DNA from: Gekko japonicus | Taxonomy: Eukaryota | Length of the DNA: 64,000 nucleotides | Direction of reading: 5' to 3' | Assembly (NCBI RefSeq): GCF_001447785.1 | Contig: NW_015172563.1 | Coordinates: forward strand, 614,150 to 678,149 | In this document: one piece after another, positions 39,051-52,136 of the stretch | How the letters are laid out: the number at the start of each line of letters is the position of its first letter | How positions within the stretch are numbered: the first letter of the stretch is position 1 | Made by a program: the position numbers and the translations under genes | The notes under the pieces: generated by a model | Database searches by the model: none | What the model saw: the letters and a program-made list of their open reading frames with translations, nothing else | Told to the model about the DNA's origin: nothing

Positions 39051-41495
39051 CCAACATTTAAAAATAGCCCAAGGTCCACATCTGATTGAGAAATAGGCAC
39101 ACAGTAAACTCCCCTGACTCTGGCCTGACTACATAGTTGGTGGGTCGGATCCCCACAGTGTGGGCAAAAGGGTCTTACAATTATTTTTAGAAAGTGGATC
39201 TGGGGCAAATATTTTCTAGAATTAAGTGGGTATGCCCCTAGAACTCATCTGTGCTCTTGCCCATAAACAATGCTGTTATCCCTGGCAGGTGAAGCCTTTT
39301 CACAGTTTATGAGAAATATTATTGGAAGACTGTTGCTATTTCAGTTTTTTTTTAAGTCTTTTAATTTGTTCATTATTTCATTTATACCTTTCATTCTTCA
39401 GTTTCAGCATTACCAGCCATTATAAATCTGATAGAAAAAACAGTGATGGTGGGAATTAAGGGTATTCTAGAATGGAATTAGAAGGTCACTGGAAGGATGA
39501 AGGGTATTACGACTTCCACACTTTTCAAAGAAAGTGGTTTAAGGTCATATCAAATATGTTTTCAAGTGCACTACTTGGTCACTGAAGCTAAAGAAAGCCA
39601 GGGCCATAAAGAAAGAGCCTGAGGTTTCAAAATGGAACATGTCATTCCCACTGTTACAAGTAGTCATAAAGTTCTCATTGAGTTACAAATCTTAATTTAC
39701 TGTAATTTTCACAGCGCAGCATATGGGGTGTTCTTTAAAATGGGTTCTTTTGTCCTCAGTTGCTGTATTTCATGAACACATTGAGGATGAATGCAACTTT
39801 TTTTTTGCCAAAAATGTTTCCCTGGTATCTATAAAGTGAACTGATTACAAAATCTGAAGCAGATCTGAGAACATGAGACAACAATATTTATTTTACACAC
39901 GGCAATTAGAAGCTTAATTATTTAGATGACTCAGGGAGACAGGTGTAAAGATAACATTTTCAGCTATTACTTTTAGCTCTAAACAGATTTATGTTATGTT
40001 TAACTCCTGTTCCTCATAACAGGTCATTGGCATTCACACAGAAAGGTAGAAAGCAGGGTGTCTCAGATAACAGGTGTTTGGTGTAGCTGTCAGCTTTCCC
40101 CATACTGTGAGACCAGTTGCTTTTTGGGGCTGCACGCAAAGACTGTTGCAGGTACCTCAAGGTAAGCAATAAGATTCATCCCCAGTTCTCCCTGATTCAC
40201 AGCTATCAGTCAGCATTTATAGGGGGGTGGCTGTTAGGATATGTGGCCCGGATCAATGTCACTTTTGCCATATTATTTAAAGGAAATAATAGCATAACTG
40301 AAAGCTAAGGCATGTTGCAGACTGGGTCTCAAGGAAGGATTTGACAAAAGCATCTATTAAAGCTAATTGTCTAAGTACCTGCTTTCTGAGGTGAAGCTTT
40401 TCAGGGAATGCTGTATCATAAGAACTCCACACAAGAATATCATAATGTTCATATGTAAAATGGCCTTCTTGGCAAGTGACTCCTTGTAACACCCTACTCT
40501 GTAGAAGAGGGGACAGATGCCCCTGAGACTCATGCCTCAAGAGGAACTCTGTTAGGTGATTCTATATGGGTATGGATAGTTTTGGAACTTATTTGATCTC
40601 TAATTTGACTGTGTCTGAACAGTTCAATTTGTTTAGTATGTCACTACTAGTATATTTCTATCCGACTTTTCTCCACAATGGAGATCCGAAGCAGTTTATA
40701 ATCCAGGAAAAAATACAACCAGAAAAGAGGGGAAGGTTTCTGAATAAAGTACAAATCTTTTTCTTCTCTCTCTCTCTTTCTTTCTCTCTCTTTCTCTCTC
40801 TGTGCTAGATCTTCCACTCAGCTCTAGGGTACAACCCTCAGGATAGGAGCCAAAGGCAAGTGTCTTTCAGCTTACATCTCTGGACATGCCCAGGCCTTAA
40901 CTACCTGTGAGCAGAGGAGAACAGACTCAGCCAATCTTGCTTAGTTGCACTTAGCTAGGAGGCTGTTTCCTGCTTCCTCCCCTTCCTTCAACACATTCTT
41001 CCAGGGGAGACATAAATTCTGAATCCTATGGACTGGGCACCTATTCTTGCAGTTTCTCAGTCTCTCCTTTTCTATCTGTTTCCATGAATGATGAATCCTA
41101 AGAGGCTCAAGTAAGGAATTTGTACTCCTACATACTACGTATCTACCTTCCTGTTTCAAGATACTACCACTGATGTTAAGTTCTAGAACTAGTCTGATGT
41201 TTCTGCTACTCCCATGTCTATCTTTGGTCTTCCTTGGTGAACTGTCGCTATCGGTAAATTCACACATACATGTTCATTATTTATTGTCTGCAATAACAGG
41301 TGTACTTGAATGTGTCAAACACCATATATTAATTTTTAAATACATTTCTAGACCACCTTACTTAGAAATGTTGTCCCGAGTGGTATTGTGCCTTAGTGCC
41401 AGTAATATGTGGCAGTGGAATGGAGACAGTACAGCTTAGTTCACCAAAGACTCATGTGTAAGCTTAACAGTCATGGGGTAATAAGTTCTCTTATG

Positions 41496-41894
41496 CAGGG
41501 CTCTTTTTGTAGAAAAAGCCCAGCAGGAACTCATTAGCACAATAGGCCACACCCAACAGCAGAAACTCATTAGCATATTAGGCCACACACACCCTGACAG
41601 CACAGCTCATTAGCACATTAGGCCGCACCCCCATGTTACCAGAAGTGTGGTCATCCAGCCACACCCACCTTTTGCTTCTTATTCTGTTTACCTTGTTTGT
41701 TGTCAAAACCCAGGGCTTCTTTTGTAGCAGGAACTCCTTTGCATGTTAGGCCACACACCCCTAATGTAGCCAATCCTAATGAGTTTCTGCTGTTGGGTGT
41801 GGCCTATTATGTTAATGAGTTCCTGCTGGGCATGGCCAACTCAGGAGCCAGCTGGAACTCCGTTCCTGTGCGTTCCTGCCCAAAAATAGCCCTG
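41496..41894. mobile_element. hAT-type MITE with CTCATTAGCA repeats
   Basis: CAGGGCT...AGCCCTG termini and perfect TSD ctcttatg. Confidence 0.85.
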
Positions 41895-43353
41895 CTCTTA
41901 TGGATTAAAAACTGTTTAAACTACAGGAAGGAAAGAGGGGGAGTAAATGGACGGCTCATGCAATGGGATGAAAATGATACTAGCTAATGGAGTTAATGGA
42001 CAGAGGGAAGTCTTTACTCAGTGAATAATTAAATTGTGGAATGCCAAGGGGACATAGTGGTGGCCATGAGCATAATGCAGGGACCCCCAGCATGGTGCCC
42101 GTGTGTGCCACGGCACCTGCCGCTACTTTTCCTAGTGCCCACCAAATATTTGTAGAGAGTGGGTGGAACCAAGTTGAGCTTACCCCAGCAGGACTCCTAA
42201 TGGGCTATTGGAGATTTGATTGGCAATGCAGATTTTTTAAAAATGTGCCCGCAGGCTCAAAAAGGTTGGGGACCCCAGCATAATGGCTTTAAGAAGGGTT
42301 TAAATAGATTCAAAGAGGATAGGTCCATCAGTGGTTACTGGCCATAGTGACTAAAGGAGACCTCCATATTCAGAGACAATAAACCTAGGGGGCAACATCA
42401 GTGGAAGGCCTGGGCTTCTGAGCCCCATTTGTTGGCTGTCCTGTGCATCTGGTTGGCAGCTGGCATCCTGGAGCCGGGATGCTGGGTTAGATCTTCTCTG
42501 ATCCAGCAGGAGTCTTGTTATATTCTTAAATTCAATGCAGCTGATGCTGATAGGTAGATTTCACATTATACAAGCCAACATATATAATATCATTTCTAGT
42601 ATTTCCTTAGATGTGAATTAATCAAGGGTTCTAAAGCAAGTGGAAAAGAGTTATAGGACATACATTTTTCTTTTCTGTTGAAATGCCAGGATATCTTTTT
42701 GTTCAACATCTGATAACTATCCAAATTCTCCAGAGATTGCAGAAAATGCTACATGATTACACAGAGATTCTGCTCTGCTGGCTGTCAAAGGCCTCTCAGG
42801 TATTCTAAAATAAGACACTCAGTTGTACAGGTCAGTACTTCAGAAATGATATGAGCATTGCTATCTCAATGTTTTTTGGTTTAATACCATAAGTTAGATA
42901 TCATCTCTAGCCAACCGTATCTAGAAGGTAGCAGGGGAAAAAGTTTCTTTAGCTAGCTGTATTATATCTAAGTCTTTTTTATCTTCAAAGCTTAGGAAAG
43001 ATAACATATTTTTAGGACTGGCACATCATTGTTAAAGAAAAAAAATCTTGTGTTCAGTTAACTTAAACCCTACTGTGTTCAATATAGATTCATGAGTTTT
43101 CAGTGAAATTGGCACTATCTCAGTGAGTCATAGCAATATTCAAGGTTCCAAAGTATGAGCATTAAAAAAATATTGTCTTCCCCTAAGATAACACTGAAAG
43201 CCAGCCTAGTATAGTGGTTAGTGTCAGACAGTCAGATGATACTCACGTTCAAATCCCTAGTCTTATCATGAAGCTTTGCCATGAATGACCATGGGCCAGC
43301 CACTCTCAGTCTCATGTACTTCCATTTGCAAAAATTCTCCCCTGAATCCAAAG

Positions 43354-43642
43354 TAGGGTTGCCAGGTCTGCCAGTGGGTGGCTCCTGGTTTAGTCCCAGG
43401 GTCTTCTGGTACACACACAAAGCACACACGCCATGATGATGTCACCCAGAAGTGACATCATCACGCTGGGTATGTTGTACAGGGGATGCTCTAGCATTTG
43501 ACCATAGAGTTTTTAGCCAAATGCTAGAGTGTCCCCCATGTGACGGGGCACTTCGGGGGCAATGCCCCCACACTGGCCAGCGGCAGATTGTGGGCCTCAA
43601 AATCAGGGGAACCCTGCTCCCTTCAGGGGATTGGCAACCCTA
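43354..43642. mobile_element. MITE with TAGGGTTGCCA termini
   Basis: TIRs and TSD atccaaag/attcaaag. Confidence 0.8.
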
Positions 43643-43689
43643 ATTCAAAGATGTTTTCTTCACTAGCCACACAAGAAAAAGAAGAGTAG

Positions 43690-44220
43690 GGCCCCGGTCA
43701 CACGGGCAGGAAACTGCGAGGGAGAAGCGTGGCTGTTTGCCCTGGGGCAAACTACTGCGCAGTTACTCGATCAGACCTCCCGTGGAGGTCCTGTGGAGGT
43801 ACTGTGGAGGTTCCATGGCAAGGGAGAGGTGCTGATCACAGGACAAGCCGGCGCGCAACGAAGAAGCGCGCGCCGCGGCAAACTGTTTTGTTTTTGTGTG
43901 TACACGACGAATGCGCATGCTCCGTTGGGTGCGTGTGCGCATCCACAGAGACGTGGACCAAAAAACCCACCTTATTTGCAAGGGGACATGGGCGGGTGCC
44001 GGCTGCCACCAGAAACGCGATCAGACGCCCGCCCTTGCCCCGCAGTTTCCGGAAACTAGTACCTCCGAGGTACTAGTTTTTTGCCACGCAGTTTTGGCTG
44101 GAAGCCTCGGTTGTGCCACGGGAGTGCTACACTTCCCAGATGTGCTGGTGAGATCGCGCCCGGAAACTCCGCCTGTTTTCCGTCTCACTTGTGTAGCTTC
44201 TGTTCCGTGTGACCGCAGCC
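43690..44220. mobile_element. CpG-rich non-autonomous DNA transposon, PIF/Harbinger-like termini
   Basis: TIRs GGCCCCGGTCACACGG / CCGTGTGACCGCAGCC, flanked by tag/cag, with internal palindromes. Confidence 0.6.
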
Positions 44221-46584
44221 CAGGTTTTTATACCTAACTTTTCTCTACCTCAAGGAGTCTCAAAGTGGGTTACAATCACATTCCTTTCCTCTCGACAGGC
44301 ATGTTGTAAAGTAAGTGGGGCTGAGAGAACTGGGTGATTTGCCCAAGGTCACCCAGCAGGTTTCATATGGAGGAATAGGGAATCTAACCTGATTCTTCAG
44401 ATTAGAGTCCACTGCTCTTAACCTTCTATTGGTGGTAGTCCTCTGTTGTCAAATGAAAAAACATTGTTTGCATAAAACCTCTGTAGGTTCTGTGGTGGAA
44501 CAGTCCTGCTCTGACCTGCAGGTCGTATTCCATTATGCCCTCCAAAGTTTTCCTCCCATATGGAGGGGCAGATCTCTCTAAGTTTAAAGGGCCTTTATAG
44601 GAATTGTCCACTGGGAGGGCTAGGACTGCCTACTTCCCTTCCCAGCTCCGACGCCTCACCTCTGTGTCTCCTTTTTTTTAAAGAGTTTTATTTAAAATAT
44701 TCACATCATCACTGATACTTATATCAGTTACATCTACTTGATTACAATACTGTGAGTCTATTACAATGTTTGTTTTCTAACCAAGTATAACATCTATACC
44801 ATCTATCTCTAAACAAATCTTCTTTTCCTTGTAAAATTAGTGACAATTTATCTGTCTCCGCTATATCCAACCATCTGTGAATTAGTTCTTCCTTTGAAGG
44901 TATTTTCTCTAATTTCCACTATTTGGCAAACACAATACGAGCAGAAGTTAACATATACATCATAACATATTGATCTGTTTTTTTACATCCATCTGGTAAC
45001 ATATTTAACAAGAAGATTTCTGGTATATATGGTAAATCTATATCCAATATTTCTTTTATTAATTTATGTACACCAATAATTTTGTGTTATATTACACCTC
45101 CACCACATATGATAGTAAGTACCTATACTATGTTTACATTTCCAACAGTTTTGGGAGGTGTTTGTATAGCATTTGGCTAATTTATCTGGTGACCAGTGCC
45201 ACCGCTAAAACATTTTATATATGTTTTCTTTATATGAGGTTGCTCGTGTAAATTTTAGCGTTTTCCATGTTTTGGACCAATCATCTATATCAATATTATG
45301 ACCAAAGTCTTACATGCAGGATATCATTGGAGTCTTCACTACTTCATCTTGTAAATATTTGTCAAGGAGAAATTGTATAGTTTCTGTATCATTTTTTCAC
45401 TTGAGGACAACCAAATTTTGTCTAAATCTGTTTTTGTATCATGAAAGCCAATCTTTTTGTCTTTATTGTATCTGGTAATTAGTTCAGTATTTTCCCACCA
45501 GCTCAATTTTATATTTTGTATGCATAATTCCTCCTGAGTTTTCAAAATGTTGTTTCTATCTAATAAAGTTTCATATTTTTCTATTTTGTCTTTTGTGAGT
45601 AATGTTAGTTTTATAAATGCTTCCATCGGTGAAACCTATTTTGGTATTTTATCGTAATACCGCTCTTTTATTTCCTTCCAAACTTTTATTAAAGCTCCGC
45701 ATAACGTATGTTATTGAAAGCTATTATGTATTCTGTCTTTTTCATACCAAATGTACATGTGCCATCCCATTACCAGATTATGTCCTTCTAAGTTTAGCAG
45801 TCTTCTATTTTCTAAAGTCAGCCATTCTTTAATCCAACTCATAGATGTTGCTTTGTAATATAAATTCCAATTTGGTATTCCCATACCACCTCTTTCTTTT
45901 TTTTCTTGAAGCGTTTTCCACTGAATTCGTGCTGTTTTATTTTGCCATACAAATTGTTTACATATTTTGTCCAAATCTTTAAAGAAATTTTTGTTTCTCA
46001 AAATAGGTAAGTTTTGCACTAAAAATAAATATCTGGGTAGAACATTCATCTTTAATGTAGCAATTCTCCCCATGAATGACAGATTCAAATCTTTCCATAT
46101 CTGAAAGTCTTTTTTAATATCCTTCAACAACTTTTCATAATTATCTTCCATTAGTGTATTATTTCTATTAGATATTATAATACCTAGATATTTTACTTTT
46201 TTGACTATTTCCATCATGGAATTTCTGTATTTTTTCCTTTTCATTCTGTGTGCAGTTTTTGGTTATAATATTGGGTTTTTTATAGTTGATTTTTAAACCT
46301 GCCACCTGCCCATATGTTTGTATTGCTTCTATCAGATGAGGTATTGAGGTAATTGGATCTTCTAGAATAAATACCAGGTCATCTGCAAATGCCTGTAATT
46401 TATATTCATCTTCTTTTATCTTTAATCCTTTAATCTGTTTGTTATTGCGAACTAGATCATTTAGCATTTCTAATGTAAATATAAATAACAAAGGCGATAA
46501 CGGGCAGCCTTGTACCTTTTTGTATTTTGATGTTTTGAGTCATGTCTCCATTAACTATTACCTCGGCCCATTGTTCCATATAGA

Positions 46585-46840
46585 TTTTAGATAAACATAT
46601 GGAGCAGAGGTCCATCAGTGGCTATTAGCCACAATGTATAGATAGGGGCTCTGGGGCAAGTGATGCTCTGTCTTCTTGGTGATTGGGGGGTCAACAGTGG
46701 GAGGGCTTCTAATGTCCTGGCCCCACTGGTGGACCTCCTAATGGCACCTGGTATTTCTGGCCACTGTGTGACACAGAGTGTTGGAATGGATAGGCCTTTG
46801 GCCTGATCAACATTGGCGTCTCTTATGTTCTTATGTTCTT
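46585..46840 (+). mobile_element. CR1 3' end inserted in the L1 ORF2
   Basis: Same 3' UTR type as 30660-30880, ending (TTATGTTC)n, and it interrupts the L1 RT region. Confidence 0.75.
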
Positions 46841-49800
46841 ATTGCTTTGAAGTTTGAGTAGAATTGTGAACCACAATCCCATACTGTTAGTTTTTGTAAT
46901 AAGAAATCCCAACTCACATTATCAAAAGCTTTTCCTGCATCAAGAAATACTAATGCCATTTGCTTTTCCGAGTGTAGTTCATAATATTCCAATATGTTAA
47001 GGATATTTCGGATGCTATTTTTTATTTGTCTTTTCAGAAGAAATCCTGCCTGATCTTGGTGAATAATTTGTACCAGTACTTTTTTCATTCTGGTGGCCAT
47101 GATTGTTGCAAATATCTTGTAATCCACATTTAATAGAGATATGGGTCTGTAATTTTTTATTTCTTTTTCTTCTGAATTTGGTTTATGAATTAATGTTATC
47201 AAAGCTTGATTCCAAGTGTCTGGAAGTTTCTGTGTTTTTGTAATATTTTGTAGTACTTCTTTTAAGGGTATTGATATTTGATCTTCAAAAGTTTGATATA
47301 GTTCAGTAGGTATTCCATCTGGGTCTAGGGTTTTATTTTTCTTTTGCTTCTTTATAGCGTCTGTTATTTCACACATTGTAATTTTATCATTTAGAATCAC
47401 TTTTTGCTTTTCATCAAATTTCTTTTTATTCCATTTATGGAGAAAATCTTTTATATCCTGTGTATTTTGTGCATCTTGTTCGTATAGTTTTTTATAAAAA
47501 AATTCTGTTATACTTTTTATGTCTTGAAAATTAAATTGTTCTTCTCCCTTTTCATTTCTTAGTGCTTTAATTATCTTCTTTTCTCTTTCTTTTCTTAGCT
47601 TGTAAGCCAGCCAACGGGAGGGTTTATTTGCATTTTCGAAATAAAACTACTATTTTTTTTGCAATTTTTGTGTCAGTATTAAGTTTAGTTGGTGTTGTAA
47701 TAATTTTAGTTTTAACTTTGTTTCTGCTGAATTATTCCCTTTCTTCATTTTATCTTCTTATTTCTTGATTTGTTTTTCCAAACTGATACATTGAGTTTTC
47801 TTTTGTTTTTTCTTCCAGGCTTCTTGATTAATAAGCCATTTTCTTATTTAAGCTTTGAATGTGTCCCATAATATGTCCATTGAGATTTCTGGTTGTGTGT
47901 TTATTTTAAAGAATTCTTGAATTTTTATTTTGGTGTTTTTTTTACAAATTGCTCATCACGTAATAGATTTTTATTCATAGACCATCGTCTCTTTTTATAT
48001 TAATTCTCATAGTGTTAGTAATATTGGGCTGTGATCTGCAAATGTGTTGGGTAGTATCTCCATTTCTATTATGTCATTAACCATGGTTGTTGAAATGCAC
48101 GCCATGTCTATCTGGGACCATGACTTATGTCTGGCCGAATAATATGTAAAGTCATTCTTATTAAAGTTTCTCACTTTCTATGCATCTATTATGTTTTGTT
48201 CTTCGACTAATTCAAAGAAAGTTTTAGGTAGGCTGTTTCCAAATCTTACTTTTACACTGTTTCTTTCTGTCTGTCTCCGGGTCATGTACTGCGTTGTAAT
48301 CACCCACAGTGCAAATTTCATCAAATGTTAGGGTTGCTAGCATTTCTCTGAGAGATTTGAAGAAAATATCTTGGTTTTGGTTAGGGGCATAAATATTCAC
48401 GATTAAGGTCTTTTTATTTTATCTCACAACCATAATTACTACAATTCTTCCATCATTTGATGCATACCCTAATTCTGGAAATAAATGATCTTCGGCATAT
48501 ATAACAACTCCTTTTTTCTTTTTTGTATCACATGAAGAGAATGCCTTTCCTATTTTTTTTTGAAGTTAAATATTTATCATCTTCTTTCTTTATGTGAGTC
48601 TCTTGTAAACAAGATATATCTGTTTTAAATTTATTTATTTGATGAAATGTCCTTTTTCTTTTTTGTGTCCATTCACATTGACCGATAATATCTTAAGCTT
48701 ATTTCTTGTCTCCATCATTCTTTGTGCTTCTGTTTGTCTTTGCTCTGTATTGATACCTTGTTAATATTTGTGAGGGTGTGAAGTTCGTTCTTTTATTCCT
48801 TTTAGATTTTCATCTCTTATTAGTTTCTTCTGTTTTTCAGTCATTGGTTTCTTCTTCTAATTCACTCTCCTCCTCTTCTTCTCCTTGCCATCCTAGGTTT
48901 TCATTGTGTCTTTCCAAAAAGTCTTTAACTTTAAATATAGAGTCAGTTTTGTACCTTCTACCTTCATATTTAAATATAATGCCTCCTGGGAATAACCACC
49001 TATAAGTAATTTTGTTTGTTTGTAATAAGTTAATTAGTACCATATAGTTCTGATAAATTAATTAGTACCATATAGTTCTGTCTTTTCCCCCGAACTCTCC
49101 AGGGAACATCTTTTAATATTTTTATCTCTTTTTCTTGTATCATGTCTCTAGTATCATTCGATGCTCTTAGGATTTTATCTCTCATGTAACTTCTATTAAA
49201 CTTAATGTGAACCTCCCTAGGTATTTTGTCCCATCTTGCATATAATGAATTTTTCCTGTATATTTCATCTATTTCTTGTTCCAGTTCCTCAGGAGTTCCT
49301 ATATGCAATTGTTCTGTTATTTTTTTATTAAGTCTTCTTTTAAACTTTTCTCTATTGTTTCAGGTACATTTTGATATCTTATAACTAGAGAGGCTTTATC
49401 CATTTCCAAAGACATCAGTGATTCCTCTATCAGTTTTTTGTTTTATATCTTGTATAATTCTTGATCTACTTCTTGTAGTCTATCTTCTATATTATTATGT
49501 ACTTGTGCAATTTTCATTATTTCTTGCTTATTTTCAGTTATCTGTTTCTTTAACTCCTCATTTTCTGATGTGATCTGTTGTGCTATGTTCTCTGTTTTTG
49601 CCTGTATCAGTTGTATTTCCTTTTTGATCATTTCCCCCATTTTAGTTTGAATAGGTTCTACTTCTTTCCTGATTAACTCTGGTAATGTTAATCTACTGTT
49701 GTCTTGATGGTCTGAGCCATACAATATTGAATAAGCACTTTTAAATCTTTGATTGACATTTGAGATACACTCACAGTATTGAGTTTGAGTTGTATTTGTG

Positions 49801-50491
49801 AGCCTGACTGACCTGGAGACGTCAGTGATACTTTTCTGGTGCTTCCAGTACCAGACGCCATTTTTGTCTTAATAAAGTTATTTCTAATTTTGTCACTAAG
49901 TTTATATTCTAATATTATTGTTTGAGAAGTATTTTGCTTAATCTATATCTATATTTCATGGTCTTTCTCTGTGTGAATTTTACCTGAATTCTCTTTGGTA
50001 GCTCTAAGTTCTCTTTTATAATTCTATAGGTCTTCTTTTGTAACTCTATGTTTTCTCTCCACTTCACTTCCATTTTATTTTCTCCCACTCTATTCAGTTC
50101 ACAGCACCTGTGTTTTCCCCTCTCCTCTTTTGTTCTGTTCTGTCACTCGTCCTCCTTCCTCATTCGCCGCGCAGCCACGCCATCCTCCTCTCCTGGCGCG
50201 CCGTCATTTGGTCATGCCCCCATTCTCCGCGTCTCTCTGTCTCTGCATCGCCTCTCTGATCCACTTCCTGATGTTTTCCTGGACGCAAAAAGAAGAGAGA
50301 AAGACTGTAATATTTCTAGCTCCTGGTTTTTTAAACAATATAACACTATCTATTTCTTTACCCTCTTAACCCTCTTTCTTCTGGTTCTTCTAATTCTGAT
50401 TACTCATCCTGCTAATGGCTGCCTTAAAGGGAAAGCCTACCCTTCCCTTCCTTATTTTCAGTTCATATTTCTTGGGGTATTTTCACTATTA

Positions 50492-51217
50492 TTTATTTAT
50501 CATTCGACTTTATATCCCGCTCGAACCCCTTGTCTAGGGGTCTCTGAGCGGCTTACAAGTTGGTGCTAGTCACCATTATTCCCTAACTAGGGCCACAAGG
50601 TATATACGGGGGTGGGACAGCCTACCGGCACCCCTATGGTGGTGGTTGGAGTTGTTCTTTATCGTCGGCTCAGGACTCTAGGTCTTCCATCAGTATTGGC
50701 GGTTTCTGGCGGGGTGTTCTTCTCGGCGTTCGGTGGTAGCTGTCCTCTTTTCCTGAGGCGCATGGCTCCGCCTGCTTCCGACCTCAGCAACGTCCCTTCC
50801 GGCTCCGCTGGGCCGGTGCTCAGCGTCCTCGCACGCCCCTTCTCTTTTTACGACAGCACTCGATGTATTCTCTCTCGGCCACCAGGGATCGCTCGATTGC
50901 GCTCCTCCGATCACGCCCGCTTGCCGCCGCATTGCCGCGACGCCGTCCACACCGGAATCGATGCCTCGCCGCCACCATCGTTGCCGCCATCGCCGCCGCC
51001 GTCTTCAACCAACCACGCAGGGTGCCCCCCACCCCTCTAAGGGTGGGTACCCATTTATCTACTTGCAATTAGGTTGCTTTCGAACCGCTGGGTTGGCGGG
51101 AGCTGGGATGAAGGTCGAGAGCTCACCCCGACTGCGGTGGTACTCGAACAGCCATAGTGGCTGCTTGAATGATGTTACTGAGCAGGCGTTTAACTGCCTG
51201 CACCACCGCTCCCTCCC
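50492..51217 (-). mobile_element. Young chimeric SINE (Sauria-SINE-like head, CpG-rich body, L2-like tail) in the L1 5'UTR
   Basis: Minus-strand head GGGAGCGGTGGTGCAGG...GTTCGAG...GGGGTGAGCTC...GGTTCGAAAGCA...GCAAGTAGATAAATGGGTACC and tail TGTAAGCCGCTCAGAG...GCGGGATATAAA..(TAAA)n. Possible TSD ctatta. Confidence 0.7.
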
Positions 51218-51830
51218 CTATTAGTGGTCTTTTAAAGCTAATATTGTATCCCTTCAAAAGGAATTTCTTTTAACAAGACTTAGCTTTGTTGGAGTTTCCC
51301 TTGTCCAGTAGTTTGTAGACTCTGTCAATCCTAGGGGTTGTCTTGTGCTCGGCATCTAGTCAAGGATCCTTCATCAGTTTCCAGCATAAACTCAGCCTCA
51401 AGTAGTCCAAAAAGTTGCCATTCTTCCTTGGTATTTGTGGATGAGAGTCCTGCTTTCAGTCTCTCCCTCCGAGAGAGCACCTCTAAGGATGTTTAAAATC
51501 CCCTAGAAAACTGTAGGAATGAAGCAGCCGTGGAGCAAGCGCTGCCTGCGACCATTCTCGATGGCCCCCGGAAATCGTTCACCTCCTCTGTGTCTCCTGA
51601 TATCCACCTGATTATCATAGGGACAGTTTACTGCCTTGTGCAGCACTGGGGGCATAGCTATTTGCCAACTAACTGCCCCCCCCGCCTGGGTCTCCTTATT
51701 AAAATAGCCCAGAAGTTAAAATACCCCCCCGGAATGATGGAGGTTTACTGTGGTACAGAGAACCGCTATCAGCATTAAAAGTTATAAAGCACTTGTTAAA
51801 AAGAAAATGTCCACAAGCATTACTTTCAGC

Positions 51831-52136
51831 TAGGGTTGCCAAGTCGAAAATCTTCGGGAGCGGGGGACTCCCGTCCGGCATCCCACGCACGTCACCAGGA
51901 AGTGACATTATGACTCGGGGCACGCTGAGGGCAGGGCCATGACCATCTGAGGGGGAAACAGAGTTTTCCCCTCGGATGGTCATGGCCCCGCCCCCAGTGT
52001 GCCGGGCATCATAACGTCACTTCCTGGTGACGTGCACAGCGGGTTGGGGTTCCCCCAGGGCCTGATCCGCCGGCGGCAGGGAACAGGCCTCTGGGGCGGG
52101 GTTTTCCCCGCCCCCCAGAGGGACTTGGCAGCCCTA
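51831..52136. mobile_element. MITE with TAGGGTTGCCA termini
   Basis: Perfect 8-bp TSD ctttcagc; CpG-rich. Confidence 0.85.

Larger units (their letters stand above)
44673..51584 (-). mobile_element. Full-length but inactivated L1 (5'UTR, ORF1, EN-RT ORF2, poly(A))
   Basis: 14-bp TSD cctctgtgtctcct at 44659-44672 and 51585-51598, with AATAAA and an A-tail at the 3' end. ORF1 starts near 49861 (coiled-coil fragments). ORF2 starts near 48715 (KILSVNVNG) and includes NYRPISLLNVDYKI, LDAGKAFD and AFADDL. Several stops and frameshifts. Confidence 0.92.
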
